DNA from: Nitrosovibrio sp. Nv4
GTDB taxonomy: Bacteria > Pseudomonadota > Alphaproteobacteria > Acetobacterales > Acetobacteraceae
DNA length: 64,000 nucleotides
Assembly: GCA_943330455.2 (NCBI GenBank)
Contig: CALQHT020000003.1
Location: 310 to 64,309 of the forward strand
Reading direction: 5' to 3'
Shown here: in pieces, positions 18,908 through 27,408 of the stretch
Layout: each line of letters starts with the position of its first letter
How positions within the stretch are numbered: the stretch's first letter is position 1
Position numbers and translations under genes: made by a program
Notes under the pieces: model-generated
Told to the model about the DNA's origin: nothing
Database searches by the model: none
Seen by the model: the letters and a program-made list of their open reading frames with translations, nothing else

Positions 18908-20365
18908 ATGCTCGATATCTCCTTTGCCGCCCCTGCCTTGCCGACATCCGGTGCCCTCGTGCTGCTGATCGGAGAGGGCGAAACCCCGTCCGGCATCTGG
19001 CAGCGGGCGGATGAGGCCACCCAGGGCGCCATCACCCGTGCCTTCGAAGCGGCCGAGTTCAAGGGCGGCAAGGGCAAATCCTGCATGATCCTGGCACCCG
19101 GCGGGGGCCTGTCTCGGGTGCTGGCCATCGGTCTCGGCAAGCCGGCCGACATCAAGCCCCAGGGCCTGGAGGACGCGGGTGGGTCGATCGTCGCGGCGCT
19201 GTCCCGAGAAACCGCCGCCACGGTCGCCGCCGGATCGGCCGCCGCCGCTTCCGTGGCTCTTGGTGCCGCATTGCGGGGCTACCGGTTCGACCGCTACCGC
19301 ACGAAGGAGAAGGCAGAGGACAAGCCGAAACTCGCAAGCCTCACCTTCCTGACCGAGGACACGGCCGGCGCCACCACCGCCTGGGCCACCGGCAAGGCGG
19401 TTGCGGAGGGCGTTTTCCTGACCCGCGATCTGGTCAGCGAGCCCCCCAATGTCCTGCACCCCGCGGAAATGGCCCAACGCTGCCAAGCACTGACGTCGCT
19501 CGGCCTGAAAGTCACCGTCCTCGGCCCCAAGGAAATGGCCGAACTCGGATTTGGCGCGCTTCTGGGAGTCTCCCAGGGCAGCATCAACGAGCCGCGGATG
19601 GTCGTGATGGAATGGTCCGGCAATGGCGGCAAGGACAAACCGGTCGCCTTCGTCGGCAAGGGCGTCACCTTCGACACCGGCGGTATCAGCATCAAGCCGG
19701 CCGGCGGCATGGAGGACATGAAGTGGGATATGGCCGGCGCCGGGACGGTCATCGGCCTGATGGCCGCGCTCGCCGGTCGCAAGGCGAAGGTCGATGCGGT
19801 GGGCCTGGTCGGGCTGGTCGAGAACATGCCGTCCGGCACCGCGCAACGGCCGGGCGACGTGGTCAAAAGCTACTCCGGCCAGACGATCGAGGTCATCAAC
19901 ACCGACGCCGAGGGGCGGCTGGTCCTGGCGGACGTGCTTTGGTACGCGCAGGAAAAATTCGATCCGAAATTCATGGTCGATCTGGCGACCTTGACCGGCG
20001 CCATCATCATCGGTCTCGGCCATGAATACGCAGGCATGTTCAGCAACGACGACGCCCTGACTGAGAAACTGGCCGCCGCCGGCAAGGCGACCGGCGAGAA
20101 ACTGTGGCGCATGCCGCTGGACGATGCCTACGACAAGCAGATCAAATCCGACATCGCGGACATGAAGAATGTCGGCGGCCGGCCGGGCGGATCGATCACG
20201 GCGGCGCAGTTCATCCAGCGGTTCGTCAACGGCAAGCCCTGGGCGCATCTCGATATCGCCGGCATGGCCTGGAGCAGCAAGGACACCGCCTGCATCCCCA
20301 AGGGCGCAACGGCGTTCGGCGTGCGGCTGCTCGACCGTCTGGTCTCGGATCACTACGAGGCCTGA
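18908..20365 (+). CDS. pepA: Leucyl aminopeptidase (M17)
   Basis: VGKGVTFDTGGISIKP, MKWDMAGA, NTDAEGRL. Confidence 0.97.
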   Translation: MLDISFAAPALPTSGALVLLIGEGETPSGIWQRADEATQGAITRAFEAAEFKGGKGKSCMILAPGGGLSRVLAIGLGKPADIKPQGLEDAGGSIVAALSRETAATVAAGSAAAASVALGAALRGYRFDRYRTKEKAEDKPKLASLTFLTEDTAGATTAWATGKAVAEGVFLTRDLVSEPPNVLHPAEMAQRCQALTSLGLKVTVLGPKEMAELGFGALLGVSQGSINEPRMVVMEWSGNGGKDKPVAFVGKGVTFDTGGISIKPAGGMEDMKWDMAGAGTVIGLMAALAGRKAKVDAVGLVGLVENMPSGTAQRPGDVVKSYSGQTIEVINTDAEGRLVLADVLWYAQEKFDPKFMVDLATLTGAIIIGLGHEYAGMFSNDDALTEKLAAAGKATGEKLWRMPLDDAYDKQIKSDIADMKNVGGRPGGSITAAQFIQRFVNGKPWAHLDIAGMAWSSKDTACIPKGATAFGVRLLDRLVSDHYEA

Positions 20366-20805
20366 TGGCCGCGATCGGCTTCTACCACCTGACCCGCACC
20401 ACCTTGATCCAGGCACTGCCCCGTTTGCTGGGGCGAACCCTGGAAACGGGGGAGCGAGCGGTCGTCATGTGCCCCTCCGCCGCCATGGTGGCAGATTTGG
20501 ACAAAGGACTGTGGGAGGCGTCCGAACCGGACTGGCTGCCGCACGGGTCTGACGCGGACAGCGACGCCGACCTGCAGCCAGTCTGGATCGCAACCGACGA
20601 TCAGGCCCCAAACGGCGCACGCTTCCTGTTCCTCGTCGGCGGTGCCGCGAGTGGCCGTCTGGACGCATTCCAACGCGTGTTCGATCTGTTCGACGGCAAC
20701 GACCCGGACGCGGTCGCCGCGGCCAGATCCCGCTGGACCGCCGCGAAGGCGGCCGGACACGAACTGACCTATTGGAAGCAAGGGCCGCGTGGCTGGGAGA
20801 AATAG
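20365..20805 (+). CDS. holC: DNA polymerase III chi subunit
   Basis: IGFYHLTR, WLPHG, RVFDLFDG, YWKQGPRGW; TGATG overlap with pepA, the usual pairing. Confidence 0.93.
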   Translation: MAAIGFYHLTRTTLIQALPRLLGRTLETGERAVVMCPSAAMVADLDKGLWEASEPDWLPHGSDADSDADLQPVWIATDDQAPNGARFLFLVGGAASGRLDAFQRVFDLFDGNDPDAVAAARSRWTAAKAAGHELTYWKQGPRGWEK

Positions 20806-21020
20806 CCGCTCCAGGCATTCCTGCCGGGGCAGCATGGAGATTCACCCCTGAAAACGGGAACATACGGGTTCGCGAGAATGGTGGGATCGACAGTGATCAT
20901 GGTGGAAACGACGTTCTCCGACCCGTCAGCCGGCAGGCCGCCTGAACAAGGGCGGCAAACCGGAGGAGACGCAATGCACCGGCACGCGGCCAGCCGGGTC
21001 GGGACCGCGGGACCCCGCCC

Positions 21021-21890
21021 ATGGGGCTAGAAGACCTCGTCTATCTATCGCTGCGCCTCCTGCTCGCCTGCCTTTCGTCCCTCAGCGCCATCGTCACCTT
21101 TACCTACGCTTGGCAATGCGACGCGGGCGGCGCGCGACGCAGGATCGCCGCCGCGGGCGGCGTCCTGCTCACGGTGGGCGCCGTGCTGTCGGTGTCCGAT
21201 GCCATCGTCAACGCGTTCATCCTGCGGAACGAGCCGATCCCGGCGGTAAGCTGGGTGTGGCTGTTCGCCTTCGATCTGCTGCTGCCACTATGGGCGTTCC
21301 TGCTGGTCGGCGCATGGCGCCAGAGGGATCGTGCCGAAGCCGAACTCGCGCGTCTTGCGGTAACCGACCTGCTGACCGGCCTGCTCAACCGCCGCGGCTT
21401 CTTCGAGCACGCCACCGGCGCAATCGCCCAGGCTCGGCGCGCCCGCCTGCCGGTCGCGGTGGCCATGTTCGACATCGACCGGTTCAAACTGATCAACGAC
21501 GGCTATGGACACGATGCCGGCGACGCGGTGCTGCGCCAGGTCGCGGCCGCCTTGTCCGCCGATCAACGCGCGGGGGACGTCCTGGGCCGTTTCGGCGGGG
21601 AGGAATTCGTCCTGCTGACCCCCGGCAGCGACGCCTCGCAGGCCGCCATCACCGTCGAACGGCTGCGAGCCGCCGTGCGATCGGCGGTCCTGCACCCCGC
21701 CGGGGAGACCGCCTCCGTCACCATGAGCGCCGGTATCGCCACCCTGCCGGATCAGGGGGAAATCGTGAGCTCGATCAACACCGCGTTGATCGCCGCGGAT
21801 ACCGGCCTCTATGAGGCGAAGCGCGCCGGTCGCGACCGAGCCGTGATCGCGGCGGGCAACCCGGAACCATTGGCGATCTCCAACGCCTGA
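21021..21890 (+). CDS. Membrane-anchored diguanylate cyclase (GGDEF)
   Basis: Three hydrophobic segments, then DLLTGLLNRRGF, DIDRFKLINDGYGHDAGD, RFGGEEF. Confidence 0.93.
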   Translation: MGLEDLVYLSLRLLLACLSSLSAIVTFTYAWQCDAGGARRRIAAAGGVLLTVGAVLSVSDAIVNAFILRNEPIPAVSWVWLFAFDLLLPLWAFLLVGAWRQRDRAEAELARLAVTDLLTGLLNRRGFFEHATGAIAQARRARLPVAVAMFDIDRFKLINDGYGHDAGDAVLRQVAAALSADQRAGDVLGRFGGEEFVLLTPGSDASQAAITVERLRAAVRSAVLHPAGETASVTMSAGIATLPDQGEIVSSINTALIAADTGLYEAKRAGRDRAVIAAGNPEPLAISNA

Positions 21891-21919
21891 CCGACCCGGC
21901 CGACAGCCAGGGACCGAGG

Positions 21920-22840
21920 CTACGCCCCCGGCAGGTCGATCCGATAGAACGTAAGCGCATTGCCGGCAAACAACCGCCGCCGATCCTCCGGCGCATATCC
22001 GACCGTCACGTCCTTGAACTGGGTGTAGATCCAGTCCCAGCTCGCTTTCACCCCGTCCACCGGGTGGTTCGAGGCCAGCATGGACCGCCAGATTCCGAAA
22101 ATCCCGATGGCTTCCCGGATGATCGATCCGTTTACCTTCAAGGTCCACGGCTGATCTTTCACGGTCAGGCCAGACACCTTGCACCAGACATTCGGGCAGG
22201 AGGCCAGCGCCTCCATTCCCCGACGCCAGACCGCAAGCTGTTCGCGCGACCGATCCAGCGGATAGCCCGTGTGGTTCAGCACCACCCGCAGACCCGGATG
22301 TTCGCGGCAGACCTCCGCCGCCTCTTCCAGGTGATACCAGGGCACCCGCAGGTCCCAGGACAGATCGTATTTCTCCAGCAGAGCCAGGCCCTGGCGCCAT
22401 TTCGGGTCTTGCAGGCTGCGCGGCTGGCCACGCACGCTGTCGTTCGGACCCGAGGCGATCACCGGCTTGGTCCGGATGCCGCGCACCAGGGGAAAGGTCT
22501 TCTGCTTGGCCAGGATTTCCTCGGCGTCGGGCGTGTCGACCCAGGCATGCGCGACGATCGCGTTGGGGAAACCATATTGGGCGTTGATAGCCGTCAGCCA
22601 CTCGGTTTCCGCCACTTGCTGGGTGCGATCGCACTCCGCCTCGACATGCACCGTGGCCACGACCTTGTGCAGGGCGGTGTCGCGCCGATACTCCGGCGGC
22701 AGATAGGATCGCCGGAACCGGGAATAATCGCCGAAATGGGACCGATGCTCCACCGAGGTCAGCCAGGGATAGCGGATCGGGCCGTCCAGGTCCCACAAAT
22801 GGTGGTGCGCATCGACGATAGGCAGGTCGTCATCCGTCAT
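21920..22840 (-). CDS. Amidohydrolase family protein (Amidohydro_2, LigI-like)
   Basis: IVDAHHHLW, VHVEA, VVLNHTG, WCKVSGL, ASNHPVD. Confidence 0.9.
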   Translation of the reverse strand: MTDDDLPIVDAHHHLWDLDGPIRYPWLTSVEHRSHFGDYSRFRRSYLPPEYRRDTALHKVVATVHVEAECDRTQQVAETEWLTAINAQYGFPNAIVAHAWVDTPDAEEILAKQKTFPLVRGIRTKPVIASGPNDSVRGQPRSLQDPKWRQGLALLEKYDLSWDLRVPWYHLEEAAEVCREHPGLRVVLNHTGYPLDRSREQLAVWRRGMEALASCPNVWCKVSGLTVKDQPWTLKVNGSIIREAIGIFGIWRSMLASNHPVDGVKASWDWIYTQFKDVTVGYAPEDRRRLFAGNALTFYRIDLPGA

Positions 22841-23022
22841 GAACCAACTCGCATCCTTCAAATCGCCCGCTGGCTTGGGTGTCTGTCCGTATCCCGGCCA
22901 GCGATGTCCGGGGGAGGACAATCCACCGCTTCGGCCTCTCGCGCAACGGAGCCACCGCGAAGCGGCGCGGGGACGATCTGATGTTCGCGGGTGCAATCAA
23001 CACGCCGTCCCGTCCGGAATGC

Positions 23023-23092
23023 GCCCAATGGGATGCGCCCAATGGGATGCGCCCAATGGGATGCACCCAGTGGGATGCACCCAGTGGGATCC
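23023..23092. repeat. Tandem array, 5 x 14 bp (RCCCARTGGGATGC)
   Basis: Three GCCCAATGGGATGC units, then ACCCAGTGGGATGC and ACCCAGTGGGATCC. Confidence 0.95.
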
Positions 23093-23293
23093 ACCCGGCG
23101 AACCTGGACCTGACGATGGCGAGCCAGGACCGGCGCGAGTCCACGATGGCAGCCATCGGCCTCCCAACACCGTTCCGGTTTGCTTGGAACAGGCGGGGCA
23201 TCCACCAACGAACCAGGACGGCGCTCCCGGCATGGCAGACCCCCCGTTGGCCGCCCTCTCGCAACCGACCAAATCTCTGCTTATTCTGATGCC

Positions 23294-24112
23294 ATGAACC
23301 TCGATTTCAGCGAAGACGAGATCCGTCGCTATTCCCGCCACATCCTGTTGCAGGAAGTCGGCGGCATCGGTCAGGCCAAGCTAAAGGCCGCCCGCGTGCT
23401 TCTGCTTGGCGCTGGTGGTCTTGGCTCGCCGCTGATTCTGTATCTGGCCGCGGCCGGAATCGGCACGATCGGCGTGGTCGATGACGACCATGTCGAGCTG
23501 TCAAATCTCCAACGCCAGATTGCCCACACCACCGACCGGATCGGCGTCGCCAAGGCGACCTCCGCCGCCCAGGCCGCCACCGCGATCAATCCAGAGGTGC
23601 GGATCGAACCGCATATCACCCGCCTGACGACGGACAACGCGCTGGACCTGATCGGACGCTACGACCTTGTCTGCGACGGGACCGACAATTTCGCCACCCG
23701 ATTCCTGATCGCCGATGCCTGCGCCCTGGCGAAACGCACGTTGGTGTCCGCAGCCGTGCTGCGGTTCGAGGGGCAGTTGTCGGTGTTCAAACCGCATGAA
23801 GGCGGCCCCTGCTACCGCTGCCTCTACCCGGAGCCACCGCCCGATGGCGTCGTTCCAAGCTGCGGAGAGGCCGGGGTGTTGGGCGCGGTGACCGGCGTGA
23901 TGGGGACGTTGCAGGCGACCGAAGTCCTGAAGGAGATCATGGGAATCGGCGACTCCATGTCCGGCAAGTTGCTGGTCTGGGATGCGCTGGCGTCGCGGTT
24001 CCGCACGGTGAAACTTCGCCCCGACCCGCGTTGCGCGCTGTGCGGCCCCGATGCGACGATCAAGGATCTGTCCGCGCATGTCGGCGCGGCGGGACCCGTC
24101 TGTGCCGTCTGA
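23294..24112 (+). CDS. moeB: HesA/MoeB/ThiF family adenylyltransferase
   Basis: RYSRHILL, GAGGLGS, DHVELSNLQRQ, CYRC and CALC zinc pairs; physiological partner not determined. Confidence 0.85.
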   Translation: MNLDFSEDEIRRYSRHILLQEVGGIGQAKLKAARVLLLGAGGLGSPLILYLAAAGIGTIGVVDDDHVELSNLQRQIAHTTDRIGVAKATSAAQAATAINPEVRIEPHITRLTTDNALDLIGRYDLVCDGTDNFATRFLIADACALAKRTLVSAAVLRFEGQLSVFKPHEGGPCYRCLYPEPPPDGVVPSCGEAGVLGAVTGVMGTLQATEVLKEIMGIGDSMSGKLLVWDALASRFRTVKLRPDPRCALCGPDATIKDLSAHVGAAGPVCAV

Positions 24113-24485
24113 AAAGCGCCTGGGCGTGCTGCTGCTGTCCGGCGCGCATGATCGGGCGCATTACGCTTTCGTCGTGGCATCCGGTGCGGCGGCACTCGGG
24201 CGAACGGTGACCCTGTTCGTGACGAACCAAGGCTGCCACGCGCTGTTCCAAGACTGGTCCGGCCTGGACAAAGCCGACCGTGATGCGCGCGTCATTGCGT
24301 CCGGGGTGGCCGGTCTGGCCGATCTGCGGGAGGCCTGCGTCGAACTGGGCGTCCGCCTGATCGCCTGCGAAGCCGGACTGCGTGCCGAGGCCCTGGATGC
24401 CACCCGTTTGTTGCCTCAGGTGGAGGTTGCCGGGATCGCCACCTTCCTGTCCGCGGTCGGTGACGGGCAGATAGTAACAATCTGA
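24102..24485 (+). CDS. DsrE/DsrF-like (peroxiredoxin-like) protein
   Basis: ASGAAALG..VTLFVTNQG, GVRLIACEAG, GIATFL; overlaps the moeB stop. Confidence 0.75.
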   Translation: MPSEKRLGVLLLSGAHDRAHYAFVVASGAAALGRTVTLFVTNQGCHALFQDWSGLDKADRDARVIASGVAGLADLREACVELGVRLIACEAGLRAEALDATRLLPQVEVAGIATFLSAVGDGQIVTI

Positions 24486-24538
24486 CGGGCACTCGTTCGG
24501 TTTGCGGTCACTCGGCACTTGACCCGCCCCGCGCGGGC

Positions 24539-25375
24539 TTGCACCCATTGCGCATGGGATTCCTTGCCTCGTTCGGCCTGTGCCGTCTTCTGCTGTCCGT
24601 ATGCGTGGTCATCGGTGCGACGTCGGCGTTTGCGCAATCGGGTTTGGCCCAATCGGGGACCCCTCAGACGGGCACATTGCAGCAGCCCGCCAAGCCCCAG
24701 GTCGACAAACCGGCAACCCCGCCGGTCGCCGCGCCGCGTCAGCCCGTGGTTCGCCAGGGGGGGACGGCAAGCACCGGACCCGCTCCCACCGCCGCGCCCA
24801 CCCCGCCCGCGCCCCGGCCGGCTTCTCCCAGAGCGGCCGCCGAAGCATTGCCGTTGCCGCCGCCGCCCCCACCGCCTCCCCCTGAGGCCGGGACGGTATC
24901 GTCAACGGGTGACGGTGCCGTTCCGCTCGCCCCAGGCGACAAGAAGGAGCAATCGACCGGCAAGGTGCCCCGGTTCGCCGCCCTGCGAACGGACGAAGTC
25001 AACCTGAGGCGAGGGCCGGGCACGCGCTATCCCATAGAATGGGTCTATCGGCGGCGTGACCTGCCGGTGGAAATCGAGCGGGAATTTGAGGTGTGGCGTC
25101 TGGTGCGAGACCATGAAGGCACCCGAGGCTGGATCCACCAGGCGACTCTGACGGGCAGGCGGACCTTCCTGATCACCAACCCCGAGGCGTCCGTCCGCAA
25201 GGATCCGAAGGACACGGCTCAGGCGGTGGCGATCCTGAAATTGGGCGTGATCGGTCGGGTCCGGTCCTGCGACGCTGGTTCCGACTGGTGTCAGATCCAG
25301 GCTGGTTCGTATCGCGGGTATCTGCGGCGGAACCAGATCTGGGGCGTGTTGCCCGGTGAGGTCGTGGCTCCCTAA
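24539..25375 (+). CDS. Exported protein with Pro-rich linker and two bacterial SH3 domains
   Basis: VPRFAALRTDEVNLRRGPG..GWIH; second SH3 ending GYLRRNQIWGV; start uncertain (24539 or 24554). Confidence 0.85.
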   Translation: MHPLRMGFLASFGLCRLLLSVCVVIGATSAFAQSGLAQSGTPQTGTLQQPAKPQVDKPATPPVAAPRQPVVRQGGTASTGPAPTAAPTPPAPRPASPRAAAEALPLPPPPPPPPPEAGTVSSTGDGAVPLAPGDKKEQSTGKVPRFAALRTDEVNLRRGPGTRYPIEWVYRRRDLPVEIEREFEVWRLVRDHEGTRGWIHQATLTGRRTFLITNPEASVRKDPKDTAQAVAILKLGVIGRVRSCDAGSDWCQIQAGSYRGYLRRNQIWGVLPGEVVAP

Positions 25376-25425
25376 GGCGGATTGGTCATGGATCGGCCCT
25401 GATCAGCGCGACAGCGCCCAACGCC

Positions 25426-25475
25426 GTGACCGCCAACCCACGCCTCGACGGCGGGGAGCGGGTTGCCAGGTCAAG
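25426..25475 (+). repeat. Partial copy (inner hairpin) of the 112-bp repeat, copy C
   Basis: TGACCGCCAACCCACGCC..GCGGGTTGCCAGGTCAAG aligns to the core of 47529-47640; outer arms diverged. Confidence 0.65.
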
Positions 25476-25747
25476 AAGCAACTAATGCCGCAAACAGTGG
25501 TCAGCGGGCTCGCGCCGCTGAGACCGGGGGATCGGTGTAACGTCCCAGCCCAACCACGCCGGTCCGGCGAATTTCAACAGATCATGCTTGTCGGGAACCC
25601 GGGCTATTCCAGCGTTGCCGAGTGCCAGGACCATCGGATAGCGTCCTCACAATATGGGCGGATCAGCCGTCCATCTGGGAAACCTGGTCAAGGCCTTCTT
25701 TCGGCCGGCCATCCCGGACCAACGCCACGAAAAACCGAGGAAAACGC

Positions 25748-26293
25748 ATGGCCCACGTTCCTGTCTTGAAGTCTCCCGACGAATTGACCGGCGAGGCGCG
25801 CCGCATCGCGGAAAAGATCGTCGATACCCGCAAATCGCTGGAAGGCCCCTTCTCCGTCTGGATGCACGCGCCGGAATGGGCCGAGCGGGTGGCGCATCTG
25901 GGGACGATGGTGCGGTGGGAAGGGACGCTGGAACTGCGCATTCGCACGCTCGCCGCCCTGGTCGTTGGCCGCCACTTCCAGGCCCAATATGTGTGGGGCA
26001 TTCAGGGGGTGATCGGCGCTGAACGGAATGTTCCCCGCTCGACGATCGACGCGATTCGAGACGAGCGCTCCGAGGGTATTCCGCCCGAGGATCTGCAGAT
26101 CGTCGACTTCACCCGGCAATTGCTGCGCAAGAACCGCATCGATAAACCGCTGGCGGAGGCGGTCATGGCGCGCCTGGGGGCCGATCAGTATGTGCAGTTG
26201 ACCACCTGCATTGGTTACTACGCGATGCTGGCGATGACGGTGAACGGGGTCGAGCTGGAGCCGAACCCCAAACACGAAGCCCTGACGGTCTGA
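25748..26293 (+). CDS. Carboxymuconolactone decarboxylase/AhpD-like protein
   Basis: GPFSVWMHAPE, RTLAALVVGRHFQAQYVW, TTCIGYYAML. Confidence 0.82.
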   Translation: MAHVPVLKSPDELTGEARRIAEKIVDTRKSLEGPFSVWMHAPEWAERVAHLGTMVRWEGTLELRIRTLAALVVGRHFQAQYVWGIQGVIGAERNVPRSTIDAIRDERSEGIPPEDLQIVDFTRQLLRKNRIDKPLAEAVMARLGADQYVQLTTCIGYYAMLAMTVNGVELEPNPKHEALTV

Positions 26294-26299
26294 CGGACG

Positions 26300-26326
26300 A
26301 AGCCCGGGCTGAACGGCCCGGGGTTT
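26300..26326 (+). terminator. Possible intrinsic terminator hairpin
   Basis: AAGCCCGGGC-loop-GCCCGGGGTTT after the CMD gene; short U-tract. Confidence 0.35.
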
Positions 26327-26485
26327 GCCGGAATCTGTCTGGTTTGAGCCACGCCGCACTACCGGTTCTTCAAGCACAGGGTTGTAACGTTGCTCAGCGT
26401 CCGCCCGGAGTGGTGTTGCCGTCGGGCGGACCTGCCGTTCGGGGCACGATCCCGGATGCCTGCCGCCCGACGCCCGAGATCGACC

Positions 26486-27253
26486 TCACATCGCCGTCAT
26501 GCCGCCGTCCACGAACAGCAGGGCGCCGGTGATATAGGAAGCGTCATCGGAGGCCAGAAACAGGATCGCCGCCGCGACCTCCTCGGCTCGGCCCGGTCGC
26601 TTCATCATAGTGCCCTGCGCGGCCTTGGCGTTGTACTGCTCAATGGTCTCGCCCGCCGCTTCCAGGCGACGCGCATGGAACGGGGTGAAGATCGGGCCAG
26701 GGCCGACGGCGTTCACCCGAATGCCTTCAGCCGAATGGTCGGCGGCGAGCCCCCGCGTCAGGCCCGCGACCGCTGCCTTGGTGGTGTCGTATTGCAGGTT
26801 GCCGCCGCCAGCGACAACAGACCGTACCGAGGCGGTGTTGACGATGGCCCCGCCTCCGCCGCGGCGCATCAGCGGAACCGCCGCCTTGGCACAGAAGGCG
26901 TAGCTCATGAGGTTGACGCTGAGGATTTCGTTCCAGCTTGCCGCGCTCGCTACGTCGATCTTCTCGTATTTGCGGATGCCGGCATTATTCACGAGGATAT
27001 CGAGGCGCCCGAATTTCTCCGCGGCACCGTTGACGAAGTCGACGCATGCGGCCTCGGTCCCAACATCAGCCTGCGTGAAGGCGACCTTGGCACCGGCGGC
27101 CAGGAGTTCGGCTGCCACGCGCTGGCCGCGCTCGCCGTCGCGATCGCAGAATGCCACGCTTGCGCCCTCGGCGACGAAACGCCTGACCGTCGCCTCGCCG
27201 ATACCCGATGCCCCGCCCGTCACCGCCGCGATCTTGCCGTCTAGCCGTCCCAT
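26486..27253 (-). CDS. Short-chain dehydrogenase/reductase
   Basis: TGGASGIG, NNAG, YDTTK, VDGG. Confidence 0.95.
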   Translation of the reverse strand: MGRLDGKIAAVTGGASGIGEATVRRFVAEGASVAFCDRDGERGQRVAAELLAAGAKVAFTQADVGTEAACVDFVNGAAEKFGRLDILVNNAGIRKYEKIDVASAASWNEILSVNLMSYAFCAKAAVPLMRRGGGGAIVNTASVRSVVAGGGNLQYDTTKAAVAGLTRGLAADHSAEGIRVNAVGPGPIFTPFHARRLEAAGETIEQYNAKAAQGTMMKRPGRAEEVAAAILFLASDDASYITGALLFVDGGMTAM

Positions 27254-27408
27254 GTTCCCCACCTTTCACTGCTTTACGAAGCACGCACCCAGGACACGTC
27301 GTATCAATCCGCGGGCGCGGCCCGATTTGTCCCGCCAGCGTGTCGGACCTTGCAGTCGCGCGCAATAGCGCCACCCTGGGCCGGGCGGGACGTGCGGACC
27401 CGGCCCGC

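Noticed and set aside
20954-20977. GGCAAACC..GACGCAA resembling a c-di-GMP-I (GEMM) riboswitch upstream of the diguanylate cyclase
   Set aside because: Only about 6 nt separate the two motifs, so the GNRA-capped hairpin is missing, and the segment doubles as an SD sequence. An Infernal scan with RF01051 would settle it.
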